This document shows, piece by piece, positions 8,188-18,637 of a stretch of DNA of 64,000 bases (positions are counted from its first letter, which is position 1; each line of letters opens with the position of its first letter). The notes beneath the pieces were generated by a model that ran no database searches, had not been told where the DNA came from, and saw nothing but the letters and a program-made list of their open reading frames with translations. A program made the position numbers and the translations under genes. The DNA is from a bacterium (lineage in GTDB: Bacteria > SM23-31): assembly GCA_965249485.1 (NCBI GenBank), contig OZ252239.1:2016001-2080000 (forward strand). The letters are read 5' to 3'.

Positions 8188-10687
8188 TCTTAAAACGGTT
8201 CGGCTCCTCACTCGAGTTATGTTGAGACTAGGGCTCTGCATTTTAATTATTGCATTCAGTAATATAAATGTGAGTGCTCAAACCCAGCAGAATGCTCCCG
8301 CTTATGGTTATTCTCCGCCTGCAGAACCTGTATTTTCTCCACACAATTCTCTTGTGAAAACTCGTGAGTTTTTGGACTATATCACGCTTAGAGTTTTAAC
8401 GAATTTTAATTATTACGAAGTGAATGAACAAGAGGGAACCTGGAAAACAGAAGGATTACAAGGCATTTTAGAATCCCGTTATTTTCTGAAGGATATCAGT
8501 ACTGGTGTTACCCGGACAATAGAAATTTCGATTATAGCACATCCGTTGGACGGGTATGAGTTCTATTTTTTCGGAAACGAGATACATGGGGAATCGAATT
8601 ATATCAATCCTGAGTTGGTGAATGTCAAGGAGAACATCAGTACTATCGCCCAAACTATCCAGTCGCAGCAGCAGGAGAGCGGTATCACACAAACGGGTTA
8701 TGAGTTTTATACTTTGAGTTATATTCAGAGCGACAGGGCACTTGCACTGCTTAAATCAATAGGATATACCATTACTGAATTCACTCAGCGAAATGCAGAA
8801 TCCGTATATGAACGGATATTCGATCCACAACGGTCCGGTGAGTGGAAGTTGCCGGTAATAGTGAAAGTCATCGATGCCCCGAAAACAAGTCTGATGGAGT
8901 CTTCTCCCATTGTGACGAGGCAAGAGGGTTATACGGTCGTTCCGGATATTGGCGGAACGTTTCTCCACCATACAACTTCTGGCGAACCGCTGCAGCGGCT
9001 TCTTATTGTCTACGATGAAGATGATCCGGAGCCAATGGAAGAGTTGCTTAATCTCCTCAGAGAGAAGATTGACAAACCAGCACGCCAAATTGTTATTGAA
9101 GCGCGTGTGATTGTAATTAACACAGAGCGTCTTAGAGATCTTGGTCTTTCATTTCGGTATATAGATGGTGATTATGATGTCTCATTTCTTGAAGGTAGTG
9201 AATCTGGGTCCAGTCTGCCGTTCACAACAGTGCTCAATGAAGACCTTTATTCTAAAAGGATTCAATTTTTTCGAGGCAAAATTGAAAGCACTCGTTAACA
9301 CCGGAAATGCGGAAATTTTGTCAAGTCCGTCGGTGCTGGCTTTGGACGGGAGACAAGCGCGCATTCAGATCGGTCAGCAGGTCCCGATTTCAAAATCAAA
9401 CATAACCGCCTCGGGAACATTTCAATCAATAGAATATTTTCCCGTTGGAATTGTGCTCAATCTCCGTCCCCGGATATCCGAAGATGGTGCAGAGATTACA
9501 ATGCAGGTCGAAACCATTGTGAGCGCTGTGAGTCAGTCGAGCGAAACCCAGACGGGAGGACAATCGTCAGAAGTTTTATTAGCTCCTATAATAGATAACA
9601 GACAGGTACAGACGTTTGTCAGAATAGCTGACAATACACCGTTCATTATTGGCGGATTAATTTCCAATGATGTTCAGGAACGGAAGATAGGAATTCCATA
9701 CCTTGCCGATATACCGGTTCTCGGTAGATTGTTCAGCAGAACTTCTGATGATATTATCAGGAATGAAGTCATTATAGTTCTCACTCCACATGTTGTTCCG
9801 CAGGATGCGAAAAGTTTCAGCTATGTTATTCCAAAAGATTCTGAAATGTTTGATTCGTTCGATAAACGTCTCTTTCGAAACGCATACCTCTTAGGGATGA
9901 CGATATTTTTGATCTAAAATTTATTTATGAGAGCGATACATATAAAAATCTCCTTGCAGAAATCAGTGAGTCCGGAGAAGAAATTACCTCTCCTGAACTA
10001 TCCTTAGAAGCTGAAAGCATTATGAATGGCAGAGTTCCTGGTGAGGATATCATTGTTCGGCGCATGCTTTGGGAAGTAGCAATTAAAACAGGTTTTTATC
10101 AGTATATTGCACCTGATCATATACTTGCATTTGAAAACAAACCGAATGCCGCTGACAGCAGCGGTTACTAATTTGTTATTCTGGACCAATTGCTGAGTAA
10201 CCGAGACGCACAAAATGACAATTCACTTTTCCTGACAATTGATAAGAGCTTTCGGGGAACACCTGAACATCCTTTAGCGCTTCCGAAAGCAGATGTTTCT
10301 TATGAAACAATTGAGAGCGGCAACTATTTGGAAAAGCTCATACAGGAGAATAACAGTTTTCCCGAGGATGCATCTTCGGGCACGTGGACAACAATTGTGT
10401 CGACAATCAATCCCCCCGGTGTCCGCGGCAGGACGGCTCTCGAGGTGTTGCAGGGAGTCATGGTGCTAAAAAGGATACTTGCCCTCAACAGTACCCTTCC
10501 AATGACAGTCGATGAGTTTCGCGTCGGCCGTCAAATTATATTGCCAACAGAAACCGACCTCAGACAGCGTTTTCAAATTATTGACCGTGATATTGCCGAG
10601 TATTTTTATGAGGTCATCCAGTACTATCCGGAATTCGAGAAAGTATTTCGAATCCGCACCCGGGAACTTCTCGATGAAATGAGATAA
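8180..10687 (+). pseudogene. Secretin (GspD/PilQ-like, type II/III secretion protein family) with long N- and C-terminal extensions, disrupted
   Basis: AAGGAG RBS and signal peptide; secretin motifs IDKPARQIVIEARVI, ILSSPSVLALDGRQARIQIGQQVP, GIVLNLRPRI, IPYLADIPVLGRLFS, EVIIVLTPHVV; +1 shift near 9247, -1 shift near 9888, in-frame TAA at 10169-10171. Confidence 0.8.
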
Positions 10688-10957
10688 ATTCGAAAAAGTT
10701 GGTGTTTTTGCTGTATGATTCTCAAGCAATGATTAAGAAATAAGAGCCATAAATAAATTCGTGATGGTTATTGATTTATGCTTGGGTTACCGAAGATACC
10801 GGTGTATAAATATTTGCAAATAGGATAATGGATTCTCAATGATTGAGGTTCTTTCCGAATACCGCAAATCTGTTGCAATTTAATCAAAATTATAATATGT
10901 TTTACAATCGTCTCTTGTGCTTTTGGATGAAACGAACAATTTTTCCGGAGGAAGATA

Positions 10958-11227
10958 ATGCTCTATTATGTCAAATACCTGCTTAAAAGTGGGAAACTGA
11001 ATGCCCTCGCAGAAGAAGTGCAATCGGGTGGTTTCCCTTATAAAGCAAAACACGTTTTTGCCTCCCGTGACAATCCATATGAGGGCATTACAATTTGGGA
11101 TGTAGATGATAATCACTCAATTGAAGATATCGTTTCGAAGCTTAAAGAATATGCAGAAGTCCGGGATATCATCCCCGTTGTCTCCGCGGTAGAAGCACAG
11201 CAACAAATTTTTCAGAAACTTGTCTGA
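10958..11227 (+). CDS. Small hypothetical protein (possibly DUF3303-like ferredoxin fold)
   Basis: GGAGGA RBS; 89 aa with alternating beta/alpha pattern, GITIWDVDD...IIPVVSA. Confidence 0.65.
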   Translation: MLYYVKYLLKSGKLNALAEEVQSGGFPYKAKHVFASRDNPYEGITIWDVDDNHSIEDIVSKLKEYAEVRDIIPVVSAVEAQQQIFQKLV

Positions 11228-11410
11228 TTAAATATTTGTACTAATAATAGGCGTCAATATAGAAGTTCGTTTAATTCATGGTGACGGCCCGGGTTGGTAA
11301 ATTCCAAAATATCCCTGATTGAATTTTCCATTTTTTGAATACTCTTTAAAGCATTGAATAGAAAACAATGAACGCATTGTATAACGTGCTGTAAGACTAC
11401 TGGAAAGAAC

Positions 11411-12505
11411 TTGATTATGCTCCATTGGTTCTGTCATAGACTTGCCAGGCTTTGTATATACTGTATCTGGTCTATTATGTGTCTTGGAATTGTTGTCCCT
11501 AATGTAACGTTCGGACAGAACAATTCGGACAACATACGTGCTCGTGACCTTCAAGTCAGCAACAAACCGCAGGATCATCCTGGTCGAAATTTTCAACGGG
11601 ATATTTATGAAAAAGCTATAGTTGATTCGCTTCTATTCAGGGCAAGCGCTGATGTAATGGATATTAAGAAGATATCCTACAGCAGCAGTGCTGATAATAT
11701 GGAGATTCCAGCATACATCTTTCAGCCATTTAACCTCAAGAGCGTTAAAAGTCATCCGGTTCTTGTTTGGGTTCATGGCGGTGTTCACGGAAATGTAAGT
11801 CCCGTCTATTTTCCTTTCATCAGAGAAGCAGTAGAGAAGGGCTATATCGTAATTGCTCCCGAGTATCGGGGGAGCAAAGGTTACGGTAAAGATCATTATA
11901 ATGCTATCGATTACGGAGGGTATGAAGTAGAGGATTGTATTTCAGCAGTTGACTACTTGTCTGAAAATAATCCTTATGTCGATACAGAGCGGATAGCAAT
12001 GATCGGCTGGAGTCACGGTGGATTTATTACGCTCCATTCAGTGTTCAGGGAATCACACCCTTTTCAATGTGGCGTTGCAATTGTCCCGGTTGCTAATTTG
12101 ATTTTCAGATTGTCATACAAAGGACCACAGTATCAACGATATTTCGCAACACAGGAAAGAATTCAGGGACTTCCATTCGAAAAGCCTAATATCTATATTG
12201 AACGTTCTCCGGTTTATCAAGTCGATAAACTCAATGTACCTTTATTGGTGCATGTGGCGACCAACGACGAAGATGTCGATTTCGTCGAAACGGAAATGCT
12301 GATTCATGCACTTATTGTGAAACAGCCTGATCTGGCGGAAACAAAAGTATATGTCGATCCTCCCGGAGGGCACAGTTTTAGCATGCAGGTTGATTCGAAT
12401 ACTCTGCAGCGGATGGACACGGATGAACAGATAGATTCATGGAACAGGACGTGGGCATTCCTCAAAAGAAATCTCACCAAAAACACTGCGAATCAGAATG
12501 AGTAA
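11411..12505 (+). CDS. S9 family (prolyl oligopeptidase/dipeptidyl peptidase-like) serine hydrolase, probably exported
   Basis: WVHGG, APEYRGS.GYG, nucleophile elbow GWSHGG, catalytic D (NDEDV) and H (GGHSF). Exact start uncertain. Confidence 0.9.
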   Translation: MIMLHWFCHRLARLCIYCIWSIMCLGIVVPNVTFGQNNSDNIRARDLQVSNKPQDHPGRNFQRDIYEKAIVDSLLFRASADVMDIKKISYSSSADNMEIPAYIFQPFNLKSVKSHPVLVWVHGGVHGNVSPVYFPFIREAVEKGYIVIAPEYRGSKGYGKDHYNAIDYGGYEVEDCISAVDYLSENNPYVDTERIAMIGWSHGGFITLHSVFRESHPFQCGVAIVPVANLIFRLSYKGPQYQRYFATQERIQGLPFEKPNIYIERSPVYQVDKLNVPLLVHVATNDEDVDFVETEMLIHALIVKQPDLAETKVYVDPPGGHSFSMQVDSNTLQRMDTDEQIDSWNRTWAFLKRNLTKNTANQNE

Positions 12506-12701
12506 CTGATTGCACTTTTTGCATTGTGCAATTGATTCCAAACTTCAAAACGACTCTCCACAGTATATGTATACATGAATAATGGTTGAAAACTTTCGAA
12601 ATTGTGCTTGAATTTGAATTTTTATAAGATCAAATTGTACTGATTATTTTATAAGCCCATTCGTCCTCATGATAATTCCTGCTCCGGAAAGGTTTGAATA
12701 C

Positions 12702-15050
12702 ATGAAAAAACAGTATTTGAAACTGACATTCATATTCCTGCTGGCCTTGTTCACGGTTATTGTAAATACGAATAGTCTATTTGCTGATGGATTTATAATC
12801 GGCAAAGTCATTGATTTTATCACTCGCGAGCCTCTTATTGGGGCAAATGTTTACATTCCCACACTGAATATTGGAACGTCGACCGACGAATCAGGAACGT
12901 TCAGATTTCGAATCCCATCAAATAATTCTGTAGTTCTTGAAGTTTCTTATATCGGCTATGAAAAAAAAGAAGTAGAAGTTGAAATTGCTGAATCTCAGGA
13001 AAGTTCGCTTACTATTTATTTGAATCCGGGCGCATTAAAATTGGACGATGTCGTAGTCTATGGCAGCAAAATTACCGAAACGGTATTTAATTCAAGTAAT
13101 TTTACCACTGTTGCAACGCAAGAAGAGATTGAAACGTCTAATTATACAACGACGGCAGATGTTTTGAAGAATGAACCGGGTATTCTCATTCAAAAAACGA
13201 CACATGCTCATGGAGCACCGGTTATCAGGGGACTTATTGGCAAATATGTACTGCTGCTTTATAATGGCATCAGATTGAATAAACCGACGTTCAGGTTTGG
13301 AGCGAATCAATATTTAAATACCGTCAATACAGAATCGCTCCAAAGTATCGAGGTTACCCGCGGTCCGACATCAGTCTTGTATGGAAGTGATGCAATTGGT
13401 GGAACAATTAACCTTGTGACAAAACATTTTGAGCCGAATGGAGAGGAATTCAGGTTTATTCCAGAATTTAGATTTGGCTATAACTCTGCAGATAACGGCA
13501 AAAATACATCTGTTCATGTAATGGGGAGCAAAAATAACCTTTCATTCTCCGGTAGCCTCTTATATAAAGAAATCGGAAATCTTGATCCGGGTGGCGATGC
13601 TGCCAAACAAATACCAACAGGTTGGGATGAAATTGATGGAAGCCTCAATCTCTTTTTTGAGCCGAATGAAGTGCATATTTTCAATTTCGACTATTTAAAT
13701 GTAAATCAGAAAGATGTTCCTCGGTATGATAAATATGCACCCCAGCCCGAATTCCCGAACGGTGAATTTGAACAATGGATCTATAATCCACAAAAGCGCA
13801 GTTTGTATGGTCTGACGTATACGTTTTCTCCGGCGCTGTCGTGGCTCCACCAGATGAAGTGGAATGTCTCCTATCAGGACGAAGATGAGGGACGCACGCA
13901 ACAAAAGACAGGCTCAATACAACGCCGATTAGATAAGGATGCTATTGAAACGTTTGGGTCGTTTTTGAATTTTTCATCCATTATTCGTAATAAACATTGG
14001 CTGAATTGGGGGGCAGAGTTTTACTATGACCGTGTAAAGAGCTCTCGTGAAATTACGGAAAGTGGTGTACAGACAATAACGAGAGGCGCTTTTCCAAATA
14101 ATTCTAAATACAGATCGTTCGGGGCATTTATTCAGGATAACCTTTTACTCACTGAAAAATTCGAATTGGAGGCTGGTCTTCGATATAGTAGATATTCGTA
14201 TGAATCGCCGCTGGAAACACCATTTGGACTTTTCGAAGATGCATTTGATAATATGACAGGTTTTACCAGTATAAAATATAAGCCGGTCCCAAAGATAAAC
14301 TTTGTTGGAACAGTTGCTCGCGGTTTCAGGGCACCAAATTTTAATGATACGGTTGTATTGCAATTTTCCAATTCAGGAGTTGATGCTCCAAGCCCGGACC
14401 TGAATCCTGAGATCAGCAGGACGATCGAACTCGGTGTGAAAGTGCAGGATACGAAATATTCTGCTGCCTGGTTTGTATATTATAACAGGCTGACCGATTT
14501 AATAGACCGTCGGTTTGGCACATATGCAGGCCTCCCATTTTTTGATGAAAACAACAACGAAATTCAGGATGCAAATGAGGGACCAATATTTCAAAAGTTT
14601 AATGTTGGTTCGGGAGATATTTTCGGAACAGAATTCTCTCTGCAGTATTCGATGCAATCTTTTGAGTGGTCCGGACAATTTTATTATACCTATGGAAAGA
14701 ACACGAACGATAACGAACCGTTAAGCAGAATACCGCCGTTCACCGGTCAGCTTGCTCTGAGGTGGTTAGCAACCGAACCATGGTCATTTGAGGCAAGAAC
14801 ATATTTTGCCGCAAAGCAGGACCGGTTGTCTCTGCGTGACATTCTTGATTCCCGTATACCTGACGGGGGCACTCCTGGTTATGGTACGCTCAATCTGAAA
14901 AGTATTTATTCTATTCGTGGCGGAAGGCTTATATTCTCGTTTGATAATATTTTTGACAAGCTGTACCGTACGCACGGATCAGGTATTTATTCTCCGGGAA
15001 GACACATATCCGTTTCTGTTCAGCTCACGCCGTTCAGGGAAAGTAATTGA
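12702..15050 (+). CDS. TonB-dependent receptor with N-terminal carboxypeptidase-regulatory-like domain
   Basis: EPLIGANV...VSYIGY N-domain; plug IEVTRGPTSVLYGSDAIGGTINL; RGFRAPN; LNPE; FDNIFDKLY...PGR. ORF track start 12669. Confidence 0.92.
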   Translation: MKKQYLKLTFIFLLALFTVIVNTNSLFADGFIIGKVIDFITREPLIGANVYIPTLNIGTSTDESGTFRFRIPSNNSVVLEVSYIGYEKKEVEVEIAESQESSLTIYLNPGALKLDDVVVYGSKITETVFNSSNFTTVATQEEIETSNYTTTADVLKNEPGILIQKTTHAHGAPVIRGLIGKYVLLLYNGIRLNKPTFRFGANQYLNTVNTESLQSIEVTRGPTSVLYGSDAIGGTINLVTKHFEPNGEEFRFIPEFRFGYNSADNGKNTSVHVMGSKNNLSFSGSLLYKEIGNLDPGGDAAKQIPTGWDEIDGSLNLFFEPNEVHIFNFDYLNVNQKDVPRYDKYAPQPEFPNGEFEQWIYNPQKRSLYGLTYTFSPALSWLHQMKWNVSYQDEDEGRTQQKTGSIQRRLDKDAIETFGSFLNFSSIIRNKHWLNWGAEFYYDRVKSSREITESGVQTITRGAFPNNSKYRSFGAFIQDNLLLTEKFELEAGLRYSRYSYESPLETPFGLFEDAFDNMTGFTSIKYKPVPKINFVGTVARGFRAPNFNDTVVLQFSNSGVDAPSPDLNPEISRTIELGVKVQDTKYSAAWFVYYNRLTDLIDRRFGTYAGLPFFDENNNEIQDANEGPIFQKFNVGSGDIFGTEFSLQYSMQSFEWSGQFYYTYGKNTNDNEPLSRIPPFTGQLALRWLATEPWSFEARTYFAAKQDRLSLRDILDSRIPDGGTPGYGTLNLKSIYSIRGGRLIFSFDNIFDKLYRTHGSGIYSPGRHISVSVQLTPFRESN

Positions 15051-15082
15051 TAGGTGCCGCGGAACTTCTGATATAGGTTCTA

Positions 15083-17350
15083 ATGGAAAATATTATGATT
15101 TTCAGGAGCAGATTTTCATCCAGTTTAGTAAACCTTTGTATTATTTGGTGCGTATTTTCATGTGTGTCCATGCTTCAAGCTCAGGAAGATATTGATGAGT
15201 TTGTCCGAAAAATTCAGGATCAGGACGTCAGGCTCTATGAGCAGATCCACTCTCTCAAATTTAAAGCCCGTGTAAAAACCTACATTTATGTTGGTTACAA
15301 TCCGCTCTCACTAAGAATTGTTCCTTTTTTGGAAGAATATTATGCTGATGGCGTATGGACAAAACCCGATTCACTCCGTTTAACCATCTCTGCATTGCGC
15401 GTTGTGGTTCCCGACGACGCTACTAATCCGCTCGATTCAATTGGAACAGATCTTCCTCTTCCAAATCCGATGCAATTTTCGAATGCACCTTCTCTTTTTG
15501 GATTTGAAAATGAGAATGATAACCATGGTCACAATAAAAACGATAAAAATGGTAATGATGATGAGGGGAAAAAAGATGAGGATGATCTGGATTATGTGTG
15601 GCCAATATTTCCGTTCGAATCCGGCGCCGATTCGCTCTACGATTATGAGATTCTGGGGGAGATAAATACCGAATATTCCGATCTCTACGAAATCAGTGTT
15701 ACACCAAAGCGTAATGAATTTCCGGGCGTCGTTGGTGTGTTTCAAGTAGACAAAAATAATTTTAATGTCACTAATTTTTCGTGTGTTTTTAATGAATTTG
15801 CGGGTTTGGTGAATAAGAGACCCAAGAAACAACGACGTCGCTGGAATAGCATCAGCATCTCCATACCATTCTCTCAGAATCATACTATTCAGGCGCAAAA
15901 GGCGCTCTACCATAATAAATACTGGCTTCGTTATACCATTGATGAGGAATTTGACATTATGCTAATGGGATTCAAGGTCAGGGTTCACCGGACAATCACC
16001 TTTGATTCGTACGAAGTAGATGCTGACATAGAATCTTCATTTCATAACCTAAATCAACAGATAGTATATGCAAGGGACAAGAATCTCGAAAAAACGCTCT
16101 TTAATCAAACGGACACTCCAAATACATTGACAAAAAAGGAGGAAGAAGAGCTGATAAAAGCGATAGAGGATAAGTTTTCTTCCGAGGTGCTCACGAAAGA
16201 ATTGATGGACTCGGAAGCACTTGCGCAAGCGGTTGTGTTGAAAAATATCGAAGGGAGAGGTAGAGCGTTTGTCAACGCAGCAAATAAAATCGGTTCGGTC
16301 GGCCGGTACAACCGGGTGGAGGGTGTAGCGCTCGGTTATGGTACTACGTTTGCTCTTCCCCATAATAATAATACAATTCTTGCATTGAAAAGCAGCTACG
16401 GTTTTGAAGACCAGCGCTGGAAAGGGGAAGCATCCATCGTTCGTTATACCGGAACCGGGAAAAGAAGTTTCTGGGAAGGGAGTTTATATTCCAAACTCGG
16501 TTTTGATGAAAACCGGTTAGAAGTTCCTGAGGGACGCAACACACTCGCAAGTCTTGTTGCCAAGAGAGATTACCGGGATTATTACTACAAACGTGGCAGT
16601 TCTCTCGGATTCGGTTACCGTTTTAATGGTAATTCAGCACTCAAAATACAGGGAATCGTTCAGAAAGAAAAAAGTGCAGCAGTTAACACCAAGTTCAGCA
16701 TTTTCAATAATAACGACTCGTTCAGATTAAATCCCTCTGTGGTAGAAGGGTTGTTCACTGGCGTCCGGGCATCATATCTTTATAAAACATATGCAATTGA
16801 TGCTAGTTTGATGGCAGAATATGCTGACGACAAACTGCTCCCCGGTGATTTCTCTTATGGAAAATTACATACGAATCTTTCCTATACTGTACGGCCGACG
16901 CGGAACACTCGTATGAGATTTAATCTTACCGGAGGTGTTTCGGACGGCGAACTTCCACCACAAAAATGGTTTGATTTCGGTGGAAAACTTCCGTTTCAAT
17001 TTTACGGAAGATTGCGCGGAGTAGATTATAAGACTTTTACCGGAGACAAAGCTGCCTTTGGAACAATCGAATATTCTGTGAATGGTTCAGTATTATCCAA
17101 TATCGGTCTCGATCCTCTGCTTTTAGAGGCATTTAAAACAACGTTCTGGACCGGAGCCGGGAAAAGCACTCTTACGGATAAAAATAGAAGGAATATACAG
17201 GATATCAACGTGCTATCAGAAACCACGGATCGCATATATTATGAATATGGTATAGGTATCGGAGACCGATTGAATGTGTTCCGTGTCGATTTTGTCCACA
17301 ATTCGCTTCATGATGACGCTGTCAGAGTTGATTTCAATATTTTTCGATAG
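15083..17350 (+). CDS. Outer-membrane beta-barrel protein (DUF5686-like)
   Basis: Signal peptide; YEISVTPK, RYNRVEG, SYGFED, RDYRDYY, LPPQKWF and YYEYGIGI motifs. Confidence 0.7.
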   Translation: MENIMIFRSRFSSSLVNLCIIWCVFSCVSMLQAQEDIDEFVRKIQDQDVRLYEQIHSLKFKARVKTYIYVGYNPLSLRIVPFLEEYYADGVWTKPDSLRLTISALRVVVPDDATNPLDSIGTDLPLPNPMQFSNAPSLFGFENENDNHGHNKNDKNGNDDEGKKDEDDLDYVWPIFPFESGADSLYDYEILGEINTEYSDLYEISVTPKRNEFPGVVGVFQVDKNNFNVTNFSCVFNEFAGLVNKRPKKQRRRWNSISISIPFSQNHTIQAQKALYHNKYWLRYTIDEEFDIMLMGFKVRVHRTITFDSYEVDADIESSFHNLNQQIVYARDKNLEKTLFNQTDTPNTLTKKEEEELIKAIEDKFSSEVLTKELMDSEALAQAVVLKNIEGRGRAFVNAANKIGSVGRYNRVEGVALGYGTTFALPHNNNTILALKSSYGFEDQRWKGEASIVRYTGTGKRSFWEGSLYSKLGFDENRLEVPEGRNTLASLVAKRDYRDYYYKRGSSLGFGYRFNGNSALKIQGIVQKEKSAAVNTKFSIFNNNDSFRLNPSVVEGLFTGVRASYLYKTYAIDASLMAEYADDKLLPGDFSYGKLHTNLSYTVRPTRNTRMRFNLTGGVSDGELPPQKWFDFGGKLPFQFYGRLRGVDYKTFTGDKAAFGTIEYSVNGSVLSNIGLDPLLLEAFKTTFWTGAGKSTLTDKNRRNIQDINVLSETTDRIYYEYGIGIGDRLNVFRVDFVHNSLHDDAVRVDFNIFR

Positions 17351-17395
17351 CAACGTGTAGAGTCGGGCATTAGTTTCGTTCAGAACAGACATTTT

Positions 17396-18058
17396 TTATA
17401 TAGCCACCACATCGCAATAGTGAAATATTCCTCGTGTCACCTTTTCTCCGGTCTTTATAGGCACCGGTTGTTGAAAAACAGGTCCGTCAAATACAAACGT
17501 ATGAAATTCCCCATTTTCTCCACAGGGATCGACATTATCGGGAAGGTCACTGAGCAATTCGTTGTCAAACATTCTTCCGGCAAAAGAGTAGTCGAGAACC
17601 TCTCCGTTAACACAGGTTAGGATTGCTTTAAATCCTAGTTCTATAAACATTCGTGATAATTTTTGAGTTGACTGTTTCCAAAGTGGATAAATGCCTGAAA
17701 AGCCTGACCGTGCAAGAAGTTTTTCACGGTAATCCCTTAGATCTTCGAGAAAAATATCGCCATAAGCAGCAGTGTTGATGTCGTTGTTACGAAAAAGGGA
17801 AAAGGTTTCGCTCATTTTTTCTTCATATTCTTCGTTGGACGATTGCTGAGAAGTATAGATTTTATGGAGAGGCAGGTTGAGTGCCGTTGCCTGGAGATCG
17901 AGCAGTTCTGCACGGACACCATGCATTGTAATCCGGTCATAGCCTTCAGTAACATTGGTAATCAAAGTAGCTATATGATATTTTTTTTCGTTGAGAAGTT
18001 GAAAAAGGGTCAGCGAACTGTCTTTCCCGCCGCTCCAGGATAGAAGAATAGAACTCAT
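17396..18058 (-). CDS. DUF71/COG2102 (Dph6 diphthine-ammonia ligase-like) PP-loop ATPase, copy 2
   Basis: SWSGGKDS PP-loop, MHGVR, YGDIFLED, PLW, DPCGENGEFHTFVFDGP. Confidence 0.92.
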   Translation of the reverse strand: MSSILLSWSGGKDSSLTLFQLLNEKKYHIATLITNVTEGYDRITMHGVRAELLDLQATALNLPLHKIYTSQQSSNEEYEEKMSETFSLFRNNDINTAAYGDIFLEDLRDYREKLLARSGFSGIYPLWKQSTQKLSRMFIELGFKAILTCVNGEVLDYSFAGRMFDNELLSDLPDNVDPCGENGEFHTFVFDGPVFQQPVPIKTGEKVTRGIFHYCDVVAI

Positions 18059-18609
18059 GTTGTTTCCTGTGTTCGGTAGAACGTTTTAGCTGTTCGAATC
18101 AGTACCGGTAAAAGTGTTGCAAATAGAATACTGTTCGATGCAATGTGCCATATTTTCCACGGTATACCTGCCACAAAGAGCGCTGTAATATGCCGCAAAG
18201 AAAAGCCCGAGGCAGTACCCGTCAGAAGTGCTAGAATGATTGAAAACATGAGTGTCAGGAGTCCCCCGCAGAATCCGAATAAATACAACTGTTTTGCTGT
18301 AATAATAGAACTATTGAACACCCGACTTGCAATTCCTCCCGCCATACCGATGATTCCGTACGACACAACTTGTCCGATGAGCATCGGTGGAAAAGCAAGT
18401 CCTGAACCCCACGGATTAAATGCGGAATAGATAAATTCCGAAAATACACCGATAATCAATCCATTAGACACTCCGTACAAATATCCCCCGAAAAAGACAA
18501 ATAACGTTATCAACTCAATATTTGGAAGCGGTACAAAGAGAAAACCGATGACAACACATAAAGCTGAATAAAGCCCGATGCGCACAATGATTATAGAATC
18601 ATAATTCAT
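18055..18609 (-). CDS. ECF transporter S component (CbrT-like, cobalamin)
   Basis: Multiple TM segments, LPNIE motif, HIASN near the C-terminus; lies in a B12-riboswitch operon. Confidence 0.75.
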   Translation of the reverse strand: MNYDSIIIVRIGLYSALCVVIGFLFVPLPNIELITLFVFFGGYLYGVSNGLIIGVFSEFIYSAFNPWGSGLAFPPMLIGQVVSYGIIGMAGGIASRVFNSSIITAKQLYLFGFCGGLLTLMFSIILALLTGTASGFSLRHITALFVAGIPWKIWHIASNSILFATLLPVLIRTAKTFYRTQETT

Positions 18610-18637
18610 AATTGTATCTCTATAAAAGTTGTCCTGT

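Noticed and set aside
9240..9900. Programmed frameshifting in the secretin
   Set aside because: It would need two opposite shifts plus read-through of a TAA, and I saw no convincing slippery site with a stimulatory structure.
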